From the NCBI RefSeq assembly GCF_001194135.2, contig NC_068985.1:2332320-2396319 (forward strand): a DNA stretch of 64,000 nucleotides, written 5' to 3'. Of this stretch, positions 49,730 through 60,565 are shown one piece after another (within the stretch, counting starts at the first letter, position 1; every line of letters starts with the position of its first letter). The DNA is from Octopus bimaculoides. Its lineage: Eukaryota. The translations under genes and the position numbers were made by a program. The notes under the pieces are model-generated. The model saw nothing but the letters and a program-made list of their open reading frames with translations, was not told where the DNA came from and made no database searches.

Positions 49730-52700
49730 GTATTACCCTACCTAAAAGACTGAATGTTGCTCGTCTTAGGTGTAATAGTGTGAAGAGACGTTTACGAGAG
49801 GAAATGAATGTTGCGGGTATTGGGGAGGATTGGCCGACCCTTAAAAAGTCAGTTTATGATATAGGCAAGAAATTTCTGGGATTGATACAAAGAAAGCAAT
49901 TTTAAAGAAATGGTTTAAAGAAAATGATGAACATATAGATGACTTATTGGCTGATAAAAACGTACTATGTCACACTATTTATCAGCATAGGGAACTCAAG
50001 GATGTGAAATCACGTGTGAGGCGGAGGCTCTCTCAAATGAGGGATACGTGGTGGAGTAAGAAGGCTGATGAGATACAGGCGGCGTNNNNNNNNNNGTGGT
50101 GGAGTAAGAAGGCTGATGAGATACAGGCGGCGTCGGATTCCAATAACACAAAGCTGTTGTATGGTCTCTTGCAAGAAGTTTATGGACCGACTTCTTTTCT
50201 GATGACACCACTTCGAAGCAGGGATGGTAAAGAACTTCTTCGTGATTCACAAGGAATTCTGCGAAGGTGGCAAGAACACTTTGATGAACTTTTGAATCAG
50301 CAGTTTGTAGTNNNNNNNNNNTGATTCACAAGGAATTCTGCGAAGGTGGCAAGAACACTTTGATGAACTTTTGAATCAGCAGTTTGTAGTTAGTGAGGAT
50401 GTTCTCAATCTCATCCCTGAATTACCTGTGAAGGCGGCTCTCACAGAACCACCAAATCTGGAAGAAGTTGCAGTGGCTGTCTCAAGGATGAATAATGGGA
50501 GGTCTCCGGGTATGGATGGCATACATGCGGAGTTGTTATAGCACTGTGGTGAGAAACTTCTGCAGCAACTTCACTCTTTGTTTGGCAGGATATGGGCTAG
50601 TGAATCTGAGGACTGGAGAGATACAGTAATGGTGGTCTTATATAAGGGAAAAGGCAACAGGAATAATTGTGGTAACTATAGGGGAATATCATTGCTTTCT
50701 TATTTCTTTTTTTAGTTCTTTATTGCCCACAAGGGGCTAAACATAGGGGGGACAAACAAGGACAGACAAAAGGATCAAGTCGATTACATCGACCCCAGTG
50801 CATAACTGGTACTTAATTTATTGACCCCGAAAGGATGAGAGGTAAAGTCGACTTCGGCAGAATTTGAACTCAGAACGTAACAGCTAACGTTTCTGCCAGC
50901 TCGCCGCCTTAAAAATATCATTGCTTTCTGCCGTGGGAAAGGTTTTATGCAGGGTACTTCTGGATCGTCTGCTGAAACACGTTGCAGATTGTGTTCTTCC
51001 AGAAAGTCAATCTGGTTTTCGTGTGGGACGTGGCACTGCTGATGTGATCTTCTCAGCTAGACAGCTTCAGGAAAAGTGTGTGGAACAGGGTTTCGATTTA
51101 TATCAGGTTTTTGTCGATCTGACAAAGGCCTTCGATACAGTTAATAGAAAAGCACTATGGAAAGACCTCCAGAAACTTGGTTGTCCTGAAAAGTTCCTTG
51201 CTTTGGTTAGGTCTTTTTATGAAGACATGAAGGGTAGGGTTAATGTTAGAGGTAAAATGTCGGAGCCTATCTCAGTACAAAATGGAGTGAAACAGGGGGA
51301 TATTCTGGCACCGACCCTATTTGCCATATATTTTGTGATGGTTTTCTGTATTGTGTTCAAAAACTGCAGATATCCATTATCGAACCTCTGGCAGCATATT
51401 TAATATCATCAGAGACCTTTTGTATGCAGATGATTGTGCTCTAGCAGTGCACACAGAGATTAATATGCAACACATTTTGAATGCATTCTCTGATGCTTGC
51501 ACTACCTTAGGATTGACAGTCAGTCTCAAGAAAACGGTTGTCATGTACCAACCCTCCCCTGGTAAGCAGCCTAGTGAACCAAATATCTATGTATAAGGTA
51601 AACGACTTGGTGTAGTCGATCAGTTTGTCTACCTGGGAAGTACTGTTAATATATATATAGCAATTTGGATAAGAAATTCCATACAGAATTAGGAAAGCAA
51701 GTGATGGTTTCGGAAGGCTAGAAAGGCGCCTCTTGAGTCGCCGAGACATATGCAGGAAGACAAAGATAAAGGTGTACAAGGCATGTGTACTCTCTTCTCT
51801 TCTTTATGCCTGCGAGATCTGGGTCACGTATCGATACCACCTTAAACAACTGGAACGTTTCCATCAGATGTGTCTCAGACAGACTATGGCATTAAGTGGG
51901 AAGACCGCATCAGTGATCTTGAGATGTTGGAAAGCTCTTGGTGTGAAAGTATCGAAGCTCTTGTGTTGAAGCAAAGGCTCAGATGGAGTGGTCATCTGGT
52001 CAGGATGAAAGATTCAAGGATGCCAAAACAACTCTTTTATGAAGAGTTAGCTAAAGGAGAACGACCTCCACATAAGCCAAAAATGAGATATAGACTTGCT
52101 GAAGGCTTCCTTAAGAGATGCTAGCATCTCTCCTGACACATGGGAGGGCATAGCTATTGACCGTAGCAGGTGGAGAAGGATTGTGCATGAGGGGACAGNN
52201 NNNNNNNNCACATGGGAGGGCATAGCTATTGACCGTAGCAGGTGGAGAAGGATTGTGCATGAGGGGACAGCTACTTCTGAGAAATCTCGAGTTACATATG
52301 AGAAAGTAAGGAGGGATGTCGGGAAGGGCATTGCTGTTGCACTTCCAGATGGTAAGGGTCTTCCTATGACGCTGACATGGAGTGTCTGTGCAAGACCCTG
52401 CCTCAGTAAAGCTGGACTCAGGAGTCATCTTCGTAGTCATAAAGCGAGACTGGTGATTAACAACCAGGCCGATGGTGGTGGTGCTACACACCATACTAAT
52501 CATATCTGTCAGACATGTGGAAGGGAGTGTAATTCAGCAAGAGGACTTAAACAACATGCAAAGGTACATGAAGCCCAGTTACAACTACAGCCGGCTATTG
52601 CCGGTAAAGGATTTAGCTGCCATTTCTGTACAAGACGTTGTAGATCTTTAGCTGTGCTAAAAAGTCACGTTCGATCACAGCACTGTTAATAGTTTAGCCT

Positions 52701-52790
52701 CATGCAATGGTCATACTCGATAACGAGGGGCAGCCATCATGTATGTATGCATGTATGTATGTATGTACGTATGTATGTATGTATGTATGT
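49730..52790 (+). mobile_element. RTE (BovB-like) LINE, about 3 kb, frameshifted; RT domain plus C-terminal C2H2 fingers and (ATGT)n tail
   Basis: NYRGISLLS, PESQSGFR, FVDLTKAFDTVNR, GVKQGDILAPTLF, LLYADD, RLRWSGHLVRM..RMPKQLFY. Confidence 0.95.
50701..50913 (-). mobile_element. SINE family A inserted in the RTE with 16-bp TSD
   Basis: aatatcattgctttct at 50685-50700 and 50914-50929. Confidence 0.95.
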
Positions 52791-54240
52791 CTCTTCTATT
52801 TTTTTTATTATTATAATTTTTCCACTGAGGAGGGAGCCAGTTTCCAATATAGACACAAGGCTCCATTTTTGGGATGTTGTTAATGCAGACAAATTCACAA
52901 TTGGAACTTGAGAAAAGTCTTGCATATTTTTACTGTTCCGCTCACAGATTGGACTTGTAATGTATGAATTAACCAGTTGATTTCTCTTTCTGAAAATCCC
53001 AGTTAATCCAGATTCTCCTTTAAACATTTACTAACAAAACCTAATGCTCCAATTATTATTGGTATGAATATGAATTCATAGTCTGAATAAAGAAGCTGGA
53101 GGTTTCGAACCAGTTGTCCATAGATATCTTCTTTCTCTTTGGATTTTCAATGAGATATTTATATCTTCAGGGCAGCTAACCTCTATGACGGTACATAACA
53201 TTGCCCCTAATATGTATGTAAGTATGTATGTATGTATGCATGCATGCATGGACGAACGGACGGACTGATGCATATATGCATCTAGCTACGCTTGTGTGTA
53301 TGTATGTTCATATGCTTGTGTTTTACAAATTTCTCTCTGATACAGAGAAATCCTATTCCTAACACAGAAACGAGACTCTGATATGTATGTATAATATATG
53401 TGTATGTATAAATATCAGTGTGTATGTGAATAACATATACATGCTGGTATGAATGCTTGTATATGTTTGCATATGTACAGCAAAACAATCCATTGCGAGA
53501 AGGTAAAGAGATGGACACAGATCTTATCCGGAGTGCGTAGTTGTTTTGTCATTTTTCAACAAAGCAATTTAACAGTGCTCACACAAAATTAAAACTAAAG
53601 CAATGACAACGTGTGTGTGTGTGTGTGTGTGCGAGAGCAATGACAACGTGTGTGTGTGTGTGTGTGTGTGTAATTTTTTATGTGTGTACTTCAGTGTGGA
53701 ATTGCAAATAAATAAAAGAAAAGGCACAGACACCAAGTGAAATGATGAAAACACTGAACAGCATTTTCTCTTCGTCAACTGTTCCTGAAAACCGTAACGA
53801 TTTCAGCATGTTTAACAACAACAGGATTGCTCAATGCAGTGTGCTGGTAGATGTATAACGGAGGACGACACGAGGGAATACAGGATGATATAGAAAAAAT
53901 TAGGTTACGGGAAAGAATGACAAGCACGCCAAAATACTGGGAAATTTACGAGAAATGAGCTGCAGTAACTATTTTAAAACTGTTGTCTTAAAAAGTTGCA
54001 AAAATAATTTTTATGGCTGAGATAGACAGAGCGCAAAATAACAAAAGAAAATTAAATAGAGAATATCTTTCGATTGGAGGGAAAAAACAAACCATAATTA
54101 TTATTAGTACAGGTAATGGTAAGAGAAAGAAATGAATAACAGATTGTTGGATTGAAGTCCTTGAACAAAGAGAGAGGTATAACAAAAACGATATGACTTG
54201 TAGCTAATCCAAGTTTAGAAAGAACGAATCAGGTATAAGT

Positions 54241-54390
54241 ACAGGGCCGGTCCTAAGGTTTGCTGGCGCCCCGGACAAGCTGAACTTCGGCGTGTACAAG
54301 TTGACGGTCGTGGAAATGTCCTTGTCTTTGTCATGCCCTCCTGTGGCGCCTCCTAAGACATGGTGCCCCGTGTGACTGCCCTTGTTGTCG
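54241..54390. mobile_element. GC-rich hAT-like MITE remnant
   Basis: cagggccggtcctaag start with ggcgcccc / gtgcccc internal motifs. Confidence 0.5.
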
Positions 54391-55339
54391 GTACTTTGAG
54401 CTGGCTTTGCATAAGTAATAGGATTATGGGAGATCAGAAGAGCCTGTGTGATGGGGATGGACTCGGACAGAGCAGAGAAAGAATGAAGATAAGCAGATGA
54501 AATGAGAGACAAAAAACAAGTGAGCGAGTTGAAAGAAAGAAGAGAGACACAAGCAGACAGAGAAATAAGAAAGACGAATGATCATACAAGCATATACATA
54601 TGTAAGGGACGACCGTGCGAACTCATAAAAAGAGAAATGGTGACGAATGGAAAAACAGAGGACTCCTTTTATTTAAACGCGTCACACGGTCGAACACAAA
54701 ATATATATATCAATGATGATATACATGATATGTTATGCGACGATAACATAGATGACCAGTAATGAAAGACCACAACCGTATAAGAGGAATAACAGAGATA
54801 TTTATTATGGCGTTAAAGATGTATGTCTGTGTGTGAGTGTGAATGCGACATATAAGAACATAATCAAAGACAGGCCGTCGTACNNNNNNNNNNNNNNNNN
54901 NNNNNNNNNNNNNNNNNNNNNNNNNNNNNNNNNNNNNNNNNNNNNNNNNNNNNNNNNNNNNNNNNNNNNNNNNNNNNNNNNNNNNNNNNNNNNNNNNNNN
55001 NNNNNNNNNNNNNNNNNNNNNNNNNNNNNNNNNNNNNNNNNNNNNNNNNNNNNNNNNNNNNNNNNNNNNNNNNNNNNNNNNNNNNNNNNNNNNNNNNNNN
55101 NNNNNNNNNNNNNNNNNNNNNNNNNNNNNNNNNNNNNNNNNNNNNNNNNNNNNNNNNNNNNNNNNNNNNNNNNNNNNNNNNNNNNNNNNNNNNNNNNNNN
55201 NNNNNNNNNNNNNNNNNNNNNNNNNNNNNNNNNNNNNNNNNNNNNNNNNNNNNNNNNNNNNNNNNNNNNNNNNNNNNNNNNNNNNNNNNNNNNNNNNNAG
55301 TTGATCTATATATAACGTTAAGAGGGCTCCAAATGCCTT

Positions 55340-55540
55340 CAGAATTTTACTCTATCACGTGACCTTATTAGGGGCCGTGATTGGTCAGTTTGCGTTCTGG
55401 CGGGAAAGGTTCGAAGAAGTTGCCGATTCGAATAATGATCAGTCACGTGATGACAAGGAATGGGTTCTCTACTACGCTCGCATTTATTTATATTTAAATG
55501 AGAAGAATGGCGATAGCAGTTTTGTATCTAATGGCGGTAG
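55340..55540. promoter_or_regulatory. Promoter-like motif cluster
   Basis: CACGTG at 55356 and 55444, ATTGG at 55380, AATGGCG (YY1-like) at 55506 and 55530, several CpGs. Confidence 0.25.
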
Positions 55541-56797
55541 GTAGTTTCACTACACATATATATACATATATATATGCATACGTATACACACATACATACA
55601 CATGGATATACATACGCATACAGAAATGGATAAAATAAATAAAATGTAAATAAATAAAATAGAATAAAAATGGACTATCAATGTTTTGGTAGCAAGTCAA
55701 AATGGAAGTATTTCATCCTTTTAAAAGGACAATTTGTCTTGGTGGAGCAATTTAAAATCTGCAACCAATAATAAAAATTGATTAAATTTGTGACTCTCTG
55801 ATATTTTATTACTTGCATTTCTTTGAAACAATACTTCTTTGATTCATTAGTTATGTACAATTGCATTGTTTGAGATATTCTTTCTTATCAACTCCTTAGC
55901 GACAATACATATTGTGAACTGGACAAAGAATTCAATTCGTCATGGCGTACACTCTTTTGAAACAATGAAGAAACGATTGGATGAAAAGTCTTTTATTCAA
56001 TGAATTTCACTTGGGGAATGGAATTTGAATTGATCAATTTGACTGATTATAAAATTGTTTGAATTAATCATAGACCACATCATAAACAATATGAAAGCAT
56101 ACTTAATAAGACAAATGATCTTGTTGTGAATGAAGATTCTTTTAGATGTTTCCATCTCAGACAGAATTTCTTACTTTCAACGATGCAAAGTGAATAAATT
56201 CCAAGGTTTTGAACAGAACAAAAAGATCTCTGAGATGGTTTCAGAAGCTATTTTCAACAGACCATCTTATCTTAAAGGCTCTGTTATAATAAAACTCTGG
56301 GTAGATAGGTCTGTACGATCTTATCTCTTTAGAATTTTTAAAAAAAATGTTTCCTTTCTATGTCTTTCGTACAGAACGATACATTACGTAGACTAAAAGG
56401 AAAGATAAACTAGAATGAGGGCTAAATGATGAGACATCGGGCAAGGAAACTTAAGTTACTTATTTCAAATGTAAATGTGCAAATCGTTATTTTCTTAATG
56501 ATTAGGGTTTCTTAAATGGAGCAAATTAACAGAAATGCTGGTCAAATTTCCGAAGCATTTAACTTCATACATTGAAATTATCAACAACTAGGTCTTACCT
56601 TTACTTCTACGCTCAGCATAATAAACACGAATAGCACATTGGGATGAATCTAATCTACTAATCTCCACTGAGGAATTTGCTCTGAAGAAGAAATCAGGAA
56701 TGGTTTCTTACATTCTGGGTATTATGACTAGGGTGGTTTAAAACTACCATGTTTTGGGGGCAGGAGAAATATTGTTTTGGAATTATTATCATAACTA

Positions 56798-57165
56798 TTA
56801 TTACCTCCGCCTTGGTGAAGGTGGAGGTATTGTTTTCAGTCGTGTTTGTTTGTTTATCTGTGGACAAGATATCTTAAGAACCGCTGGATGGATTCGGATG
56901 AAACTTTCAGGGATGTTTGGCCTCGTGACTGGCACAAACTGATTAGATTTGAGGATCAATCCGATACTGGACAGGGTTTCTGGATTATTTTTCCGTTTTT
57001 TTTCACTTAATATTTGAGAGCGGTCGGATTCATTTTTAGTATTCTCGTTTATGAGGGCAGTCGAGTTTATTTCAGATATTCTCATTTTAAAAATCATCTC
57101 TGGATAATCGTTGGGAGGACGTTGGAGTTGCCTTGGCAGAGATTTACGATCTCTCTGAGTGCTCG
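56798..57165 (+). mobile_element. Non-autonomous element of DINE-1/HINE (Helentron)-like or Crypton-like layout
   Basis: 5' hairpin attacctccgcc...ggtggaggtatt, (gttt)n tract, 3' ccttggcagag...ctctgagtgc; superfamily uncertain. Confidence 0.55.
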
Positions 57166-58430
57166 TTATTATTATTATTATTATTATTGTTATTATTATT
57201 ATTATTATTATAGACGTCGCACAGTATACAATATCGTGAGTTTGTTGATTGAAGACATTGTATCTGCTGGGGGTTTCTAATGTTTGTAAGTCACAACAAG
57301 GACCTCAGACAAACAGTACTTTACACAATATGCGTGCAGTTCCAAGTGATGCCAACTTTTGCAATATATCTAAATTATAGGGTATCTCTAAGGTTTTCAG
57401 ATGTTTTTTTGTTTTTGTTTTTTTCAGAATGGGTCGTATTGAACCCAATGCTCCGATGACAATAGGGATAATCTTTATGTTCGACTATCGTAGCTGCCAC
57501 ATCTTAACAATCTCAATTCTCAGGTCTCCATATTTATCATCCTTTTCTCTTTCTTTCATGATGATATGTTGATCTCCTGACACTGCCACATCAATTATTA
57601 GGCACTCTTGTTTGTCCCACCTAAAGGTTACTATATCCGGCCTTCGGTGCTCTACAACTTTGTCTGAAAATCAAAGTCCCAGAGAATTTTTGCCTTCCCC
57701 TTTTTGTCCATTTCATTTTCCAGTGTATGCCAGTACCAAGCACCCGTGGCTTCATATCCTTACTTACGGGATAGAAGCCAGTGGAGGTTTGGGGCTACTT
57801 TGTCGTGTCTACGCTTGTATTCTTTCTGCGCAAAACTTTCACAAGCACTAACAATGTGAGTCACACTTTCGACCCTCTTCCCACACATTCTGCAGAGGTT
57901 CGTTGCACTTGTGTGGTGTATATTCTTTTTCACTGAGTTGGTAATCAATACCTGGCCCTGGGCCACGATGCTTAGGCTTTCAGTATTCGTTTTTGGGTCA
58001 TCCTTCTGGAGCCACCTCCATGATGCTTCCGGGTCTTTTAATTTGTTGGTTTCATGGTGGAACTGATCGTGTAATTCCGTACGGAGTAGGGTCTCTTCTC
58101 TCTCGTTGGCTGTTCTTGTTCGGAATTCATGAGCATTCGCAAGTCCACTTTTGTTAACTCCTTCTGCACTAGCAGCATACTGTAGCAAGTCTTCTTTGCA
58201 GTGTGGTTAATCTCATCCAGAAATGGTCCGAGAGGAAACTATCGTGAAGGGTCGCTCAGAGATGTGAATGCTTGCATCACATCCATCATCTGCTTCTGCC
58301 TGACCGTCGTGCGTTGCCCCACGTCATGGCTAAGCAGAATGGAATACTTATGCTTCCTCTTTCTGGAGAAAGACCGGACGTATACCACTGGTCAAACGAA
58401 CCTTTTGTTATAAACAGCTGCTGCGTGGAG
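57166..58430 (-). mobile_element. R4/Dong-like non-LTR retrotransposon 3' portion with (AAT)n tail
   Basis: SWRWLQK...TES...AQ.Q...CRMCGKRVESVTHIVSAC..FAQKEYKRRHDKVA..LHW; downstream ASLGTARILCKVL. Confidence 0.9.
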
Positions 58431-58540
58431 GTCTGATAGAAACAACGAGTGTCAAGAAGGCATTATTTTCTTTGTCATATTACTGAATTGTAGTTGTGTC
58501 TTTGGACATGTATATAGTCATATACATTGAATGCACACAC

Positions 58541-58760
58541 TTATTTCGTTATTGCCCGCAAGGGGACAAACAAGGACAGACAAAGGGATTAAGTCGATTA
58601 CATCAACCTCAGTGCGTAACTGGTACTTAATTTATCGACCCCCGAAAGGATGAAAGGCAAAGTCGACCTCGGTGGAATTTGAACTCAGAACGTAACGGCA
58701 GACGAAATACCGCTAAGCATTTCGCCCGGCGTGCTAACGTTTCTGCCGGCCCGTCGCCTT
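58541..58760 (-). mobile_element. SINE family A, near full length
   Basis: Near-identical to 44335-44562. Confidence 0.9.
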
Positions 58761-59532
58761 TCGAACGCACACGCTTGCATGCTCACATCTTTGTACCTAT
58801 ACAAACACATATACATATGTAGCGGTGATTTGAAACCTAACCTGTAGATACTCAGTTAGACATCACGAGTGAACCACAATAATTTCATGCGATCAGTCTA
58901 TAAATAATCTATCAATCAACCTGAGGCTGTGGCGCGATATGGTTTTCTCGAATGTTCTTCTTGGCTCTATAAAAAAAACCCACTTTAGTTGCTTTTCTAA
59001 TTGTAGTGTTGAAGAGGACAGACTGACTCACACCTCTACTCTTACTATATAAATGGTTTGGGAGACTTACGCAGACAACTCCAGGTTCTCAGACAGACCC
59101 ACTCTGAATATTCGCACAATATCTCATTAGTAAGTTCTATGGACGCGGCACAGTTTCTCTCTCTTTCTCTCGCTCCTCTATCCCCCCCCCCCAGTCAGCA
59201 ATTATTAATATTGTTCATTGTGAATAGCCAACACCAAATATCTTTATGTTCGGCAATATATATTCAGTTAAATATTTGCAAGTTTGCTTCAGTTATTATT
59301 CAAACAGTCAACGAAATATATCTTCATTTCCCGCTACTCAGATGACAAGCAACCAACAACACAAACATGCATACACACATATACACTCATTCCTTCAAAA
59401 TATTTTATACAATTGCCAAAGAGTGCTCAAAATACTGAGGTTATCAAACATTCTCTAACACGCCTGCAAGAGTTTTCACACAAAGTAGTCTGCGAAGTAC
59501 ATTACACCATCAAGTAAATAGATATAAATCTA

Positions 59533-59581
59533 CCCTAGATATAGCTGTATTTCGATTGGGAACTCAATCTCATCAGCAGAG
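59533..59581 (-). ncRNA. Type I hammerhead ribozyme, canonical core
   Basis: CTCTG-CTGATGA-GATTG(AGTTCC)CAATC-GAAA-TACAGCTATA-TC^TAGGG; near-palindromic helix III; helix I with two GU wobbles. Confidence 0.7.
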
Positions 59582-60045
59582 AAAACAGTTGTCTGCATGT
59601 ATCAGTCTTTGAAATACATATTTGGACTGTTCTATGTTATTAGTTGCCGTTGTCAAGTTGTTATTTTAGTAGGTTCTTTGCCAACGGGTGAATGAACCTT
59701 AGACGACACGTAAGGGATCTGCTATGCACACAACTTCCTTGTTCCATAAATATTCTCAATATATCCTTATGTAATAATCAAAGACTGTTCTATATTTTAA
59801 AGAGAGCTAAAATTTTCTAAGATACAAGGATATATACAAGTAAATTCTTGTATATATCTCTGAGCGATCCTTCATGAAGAACAGAGAGGATGAAACCTGC
59901 ATGAAATGGCTGCTCCGTTCAAACGGACGTTGCTACGATTTTTTAACCCCAACAGGACATTCCCTCGAGCTGGTTAACGATGCAACCTGCTTCCGATATA
60001 TTGCGAGCAGGGGAGCGAACCCCTACCACCTTCAAGCGACGGGAG

Positions 60046-60093
60046 CAGCAGATCAACCTGATTTCGGGCTATTTCTGCCCTTCCTCAGTGCTG
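60046..60093 (-). ncRNA. Type I hammerhead ribozyme, all three helices fully paired
   Basis: CAGCA-CTGAGGA-A-GGGC(AGAAATA)GCCC-GAAA-TCA(GGT)TGA-TC^TGCTG; predicted cut between 60051 and 60050. Confidence 0.8.
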
Positions 60094-60403
60094 GACACCT
60101 CCTCTTCCAGAGATGGCAGTAGCTCGCTTCTGTTCACAATATTTAGGACATCAAACAACATTCAGTCGCTGATCTTGCAACAAGTCAAGAAGCTAGTTAT
60201 AAAATCTCTGTAAGAGATGAACGCAGTAACTCTACTGAGAAGTAACGTTTGTCTCTACTTCAACATCAGTGTTCCGTTTGCTTGCATTTATATATATTGC
60301 GAACAGCCATGATTGCGAACAGCCATGTTGAAGTGACGACAAATGTTACTTGTCAGCACAGTTACTGTGTTCATCTCTCACAGAGAGTTTTATAACTAGC
60401 TTT

Positions 60404-60435
<32 letters not shown>

Positions 60436-60437
<2 letters not shown>

Positions 60438-60565
60438 GATGGCTTTCTTTCGGTTTCCATCTACCAAATCCACTCCAAGGCTTCGGTTGGTCCGAAGACA
60501 CTTGCCCAAAGCGCCATACAGTGAGACTGAACCCGGATCCATGTTGTTGGAAAGCAAGCTTCACA
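60436..60565 (-). mobile_element. SINE family B head
   Basis: ggctttctttcggtttccatctaccaaatccac...gagactgaacccgg, next to (TA)n. Confidence 0.8.

Noticed and set aside
50042-52260. Apparent tandem duplications flanking 10-N gaps (50086, 50312, 52199)
   Set aside because: Identical sequence on both sides of fixed 10-N spacers indicates unmerged contig overlaps, not biology.
2968-55315. Long ORFs running through X stretches
   Set aside because: Artefacts of reading through N gaps; only the flanks of 27122 (mariner) and 46398 (SAP/SWIM) are informative.
31645-60330. Short 2-copy tandem duplications (31645, 33963, 36495, 53599, 60297)
   Set aside because: Ordinary slippage; no spacer-repeat array, so not CRISPR-like.
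12331-60565. tRNA-like A/B boxes
   Set aside because: They are SINE heads attached to repeated bodies, not cloverleaf tRNA genes.
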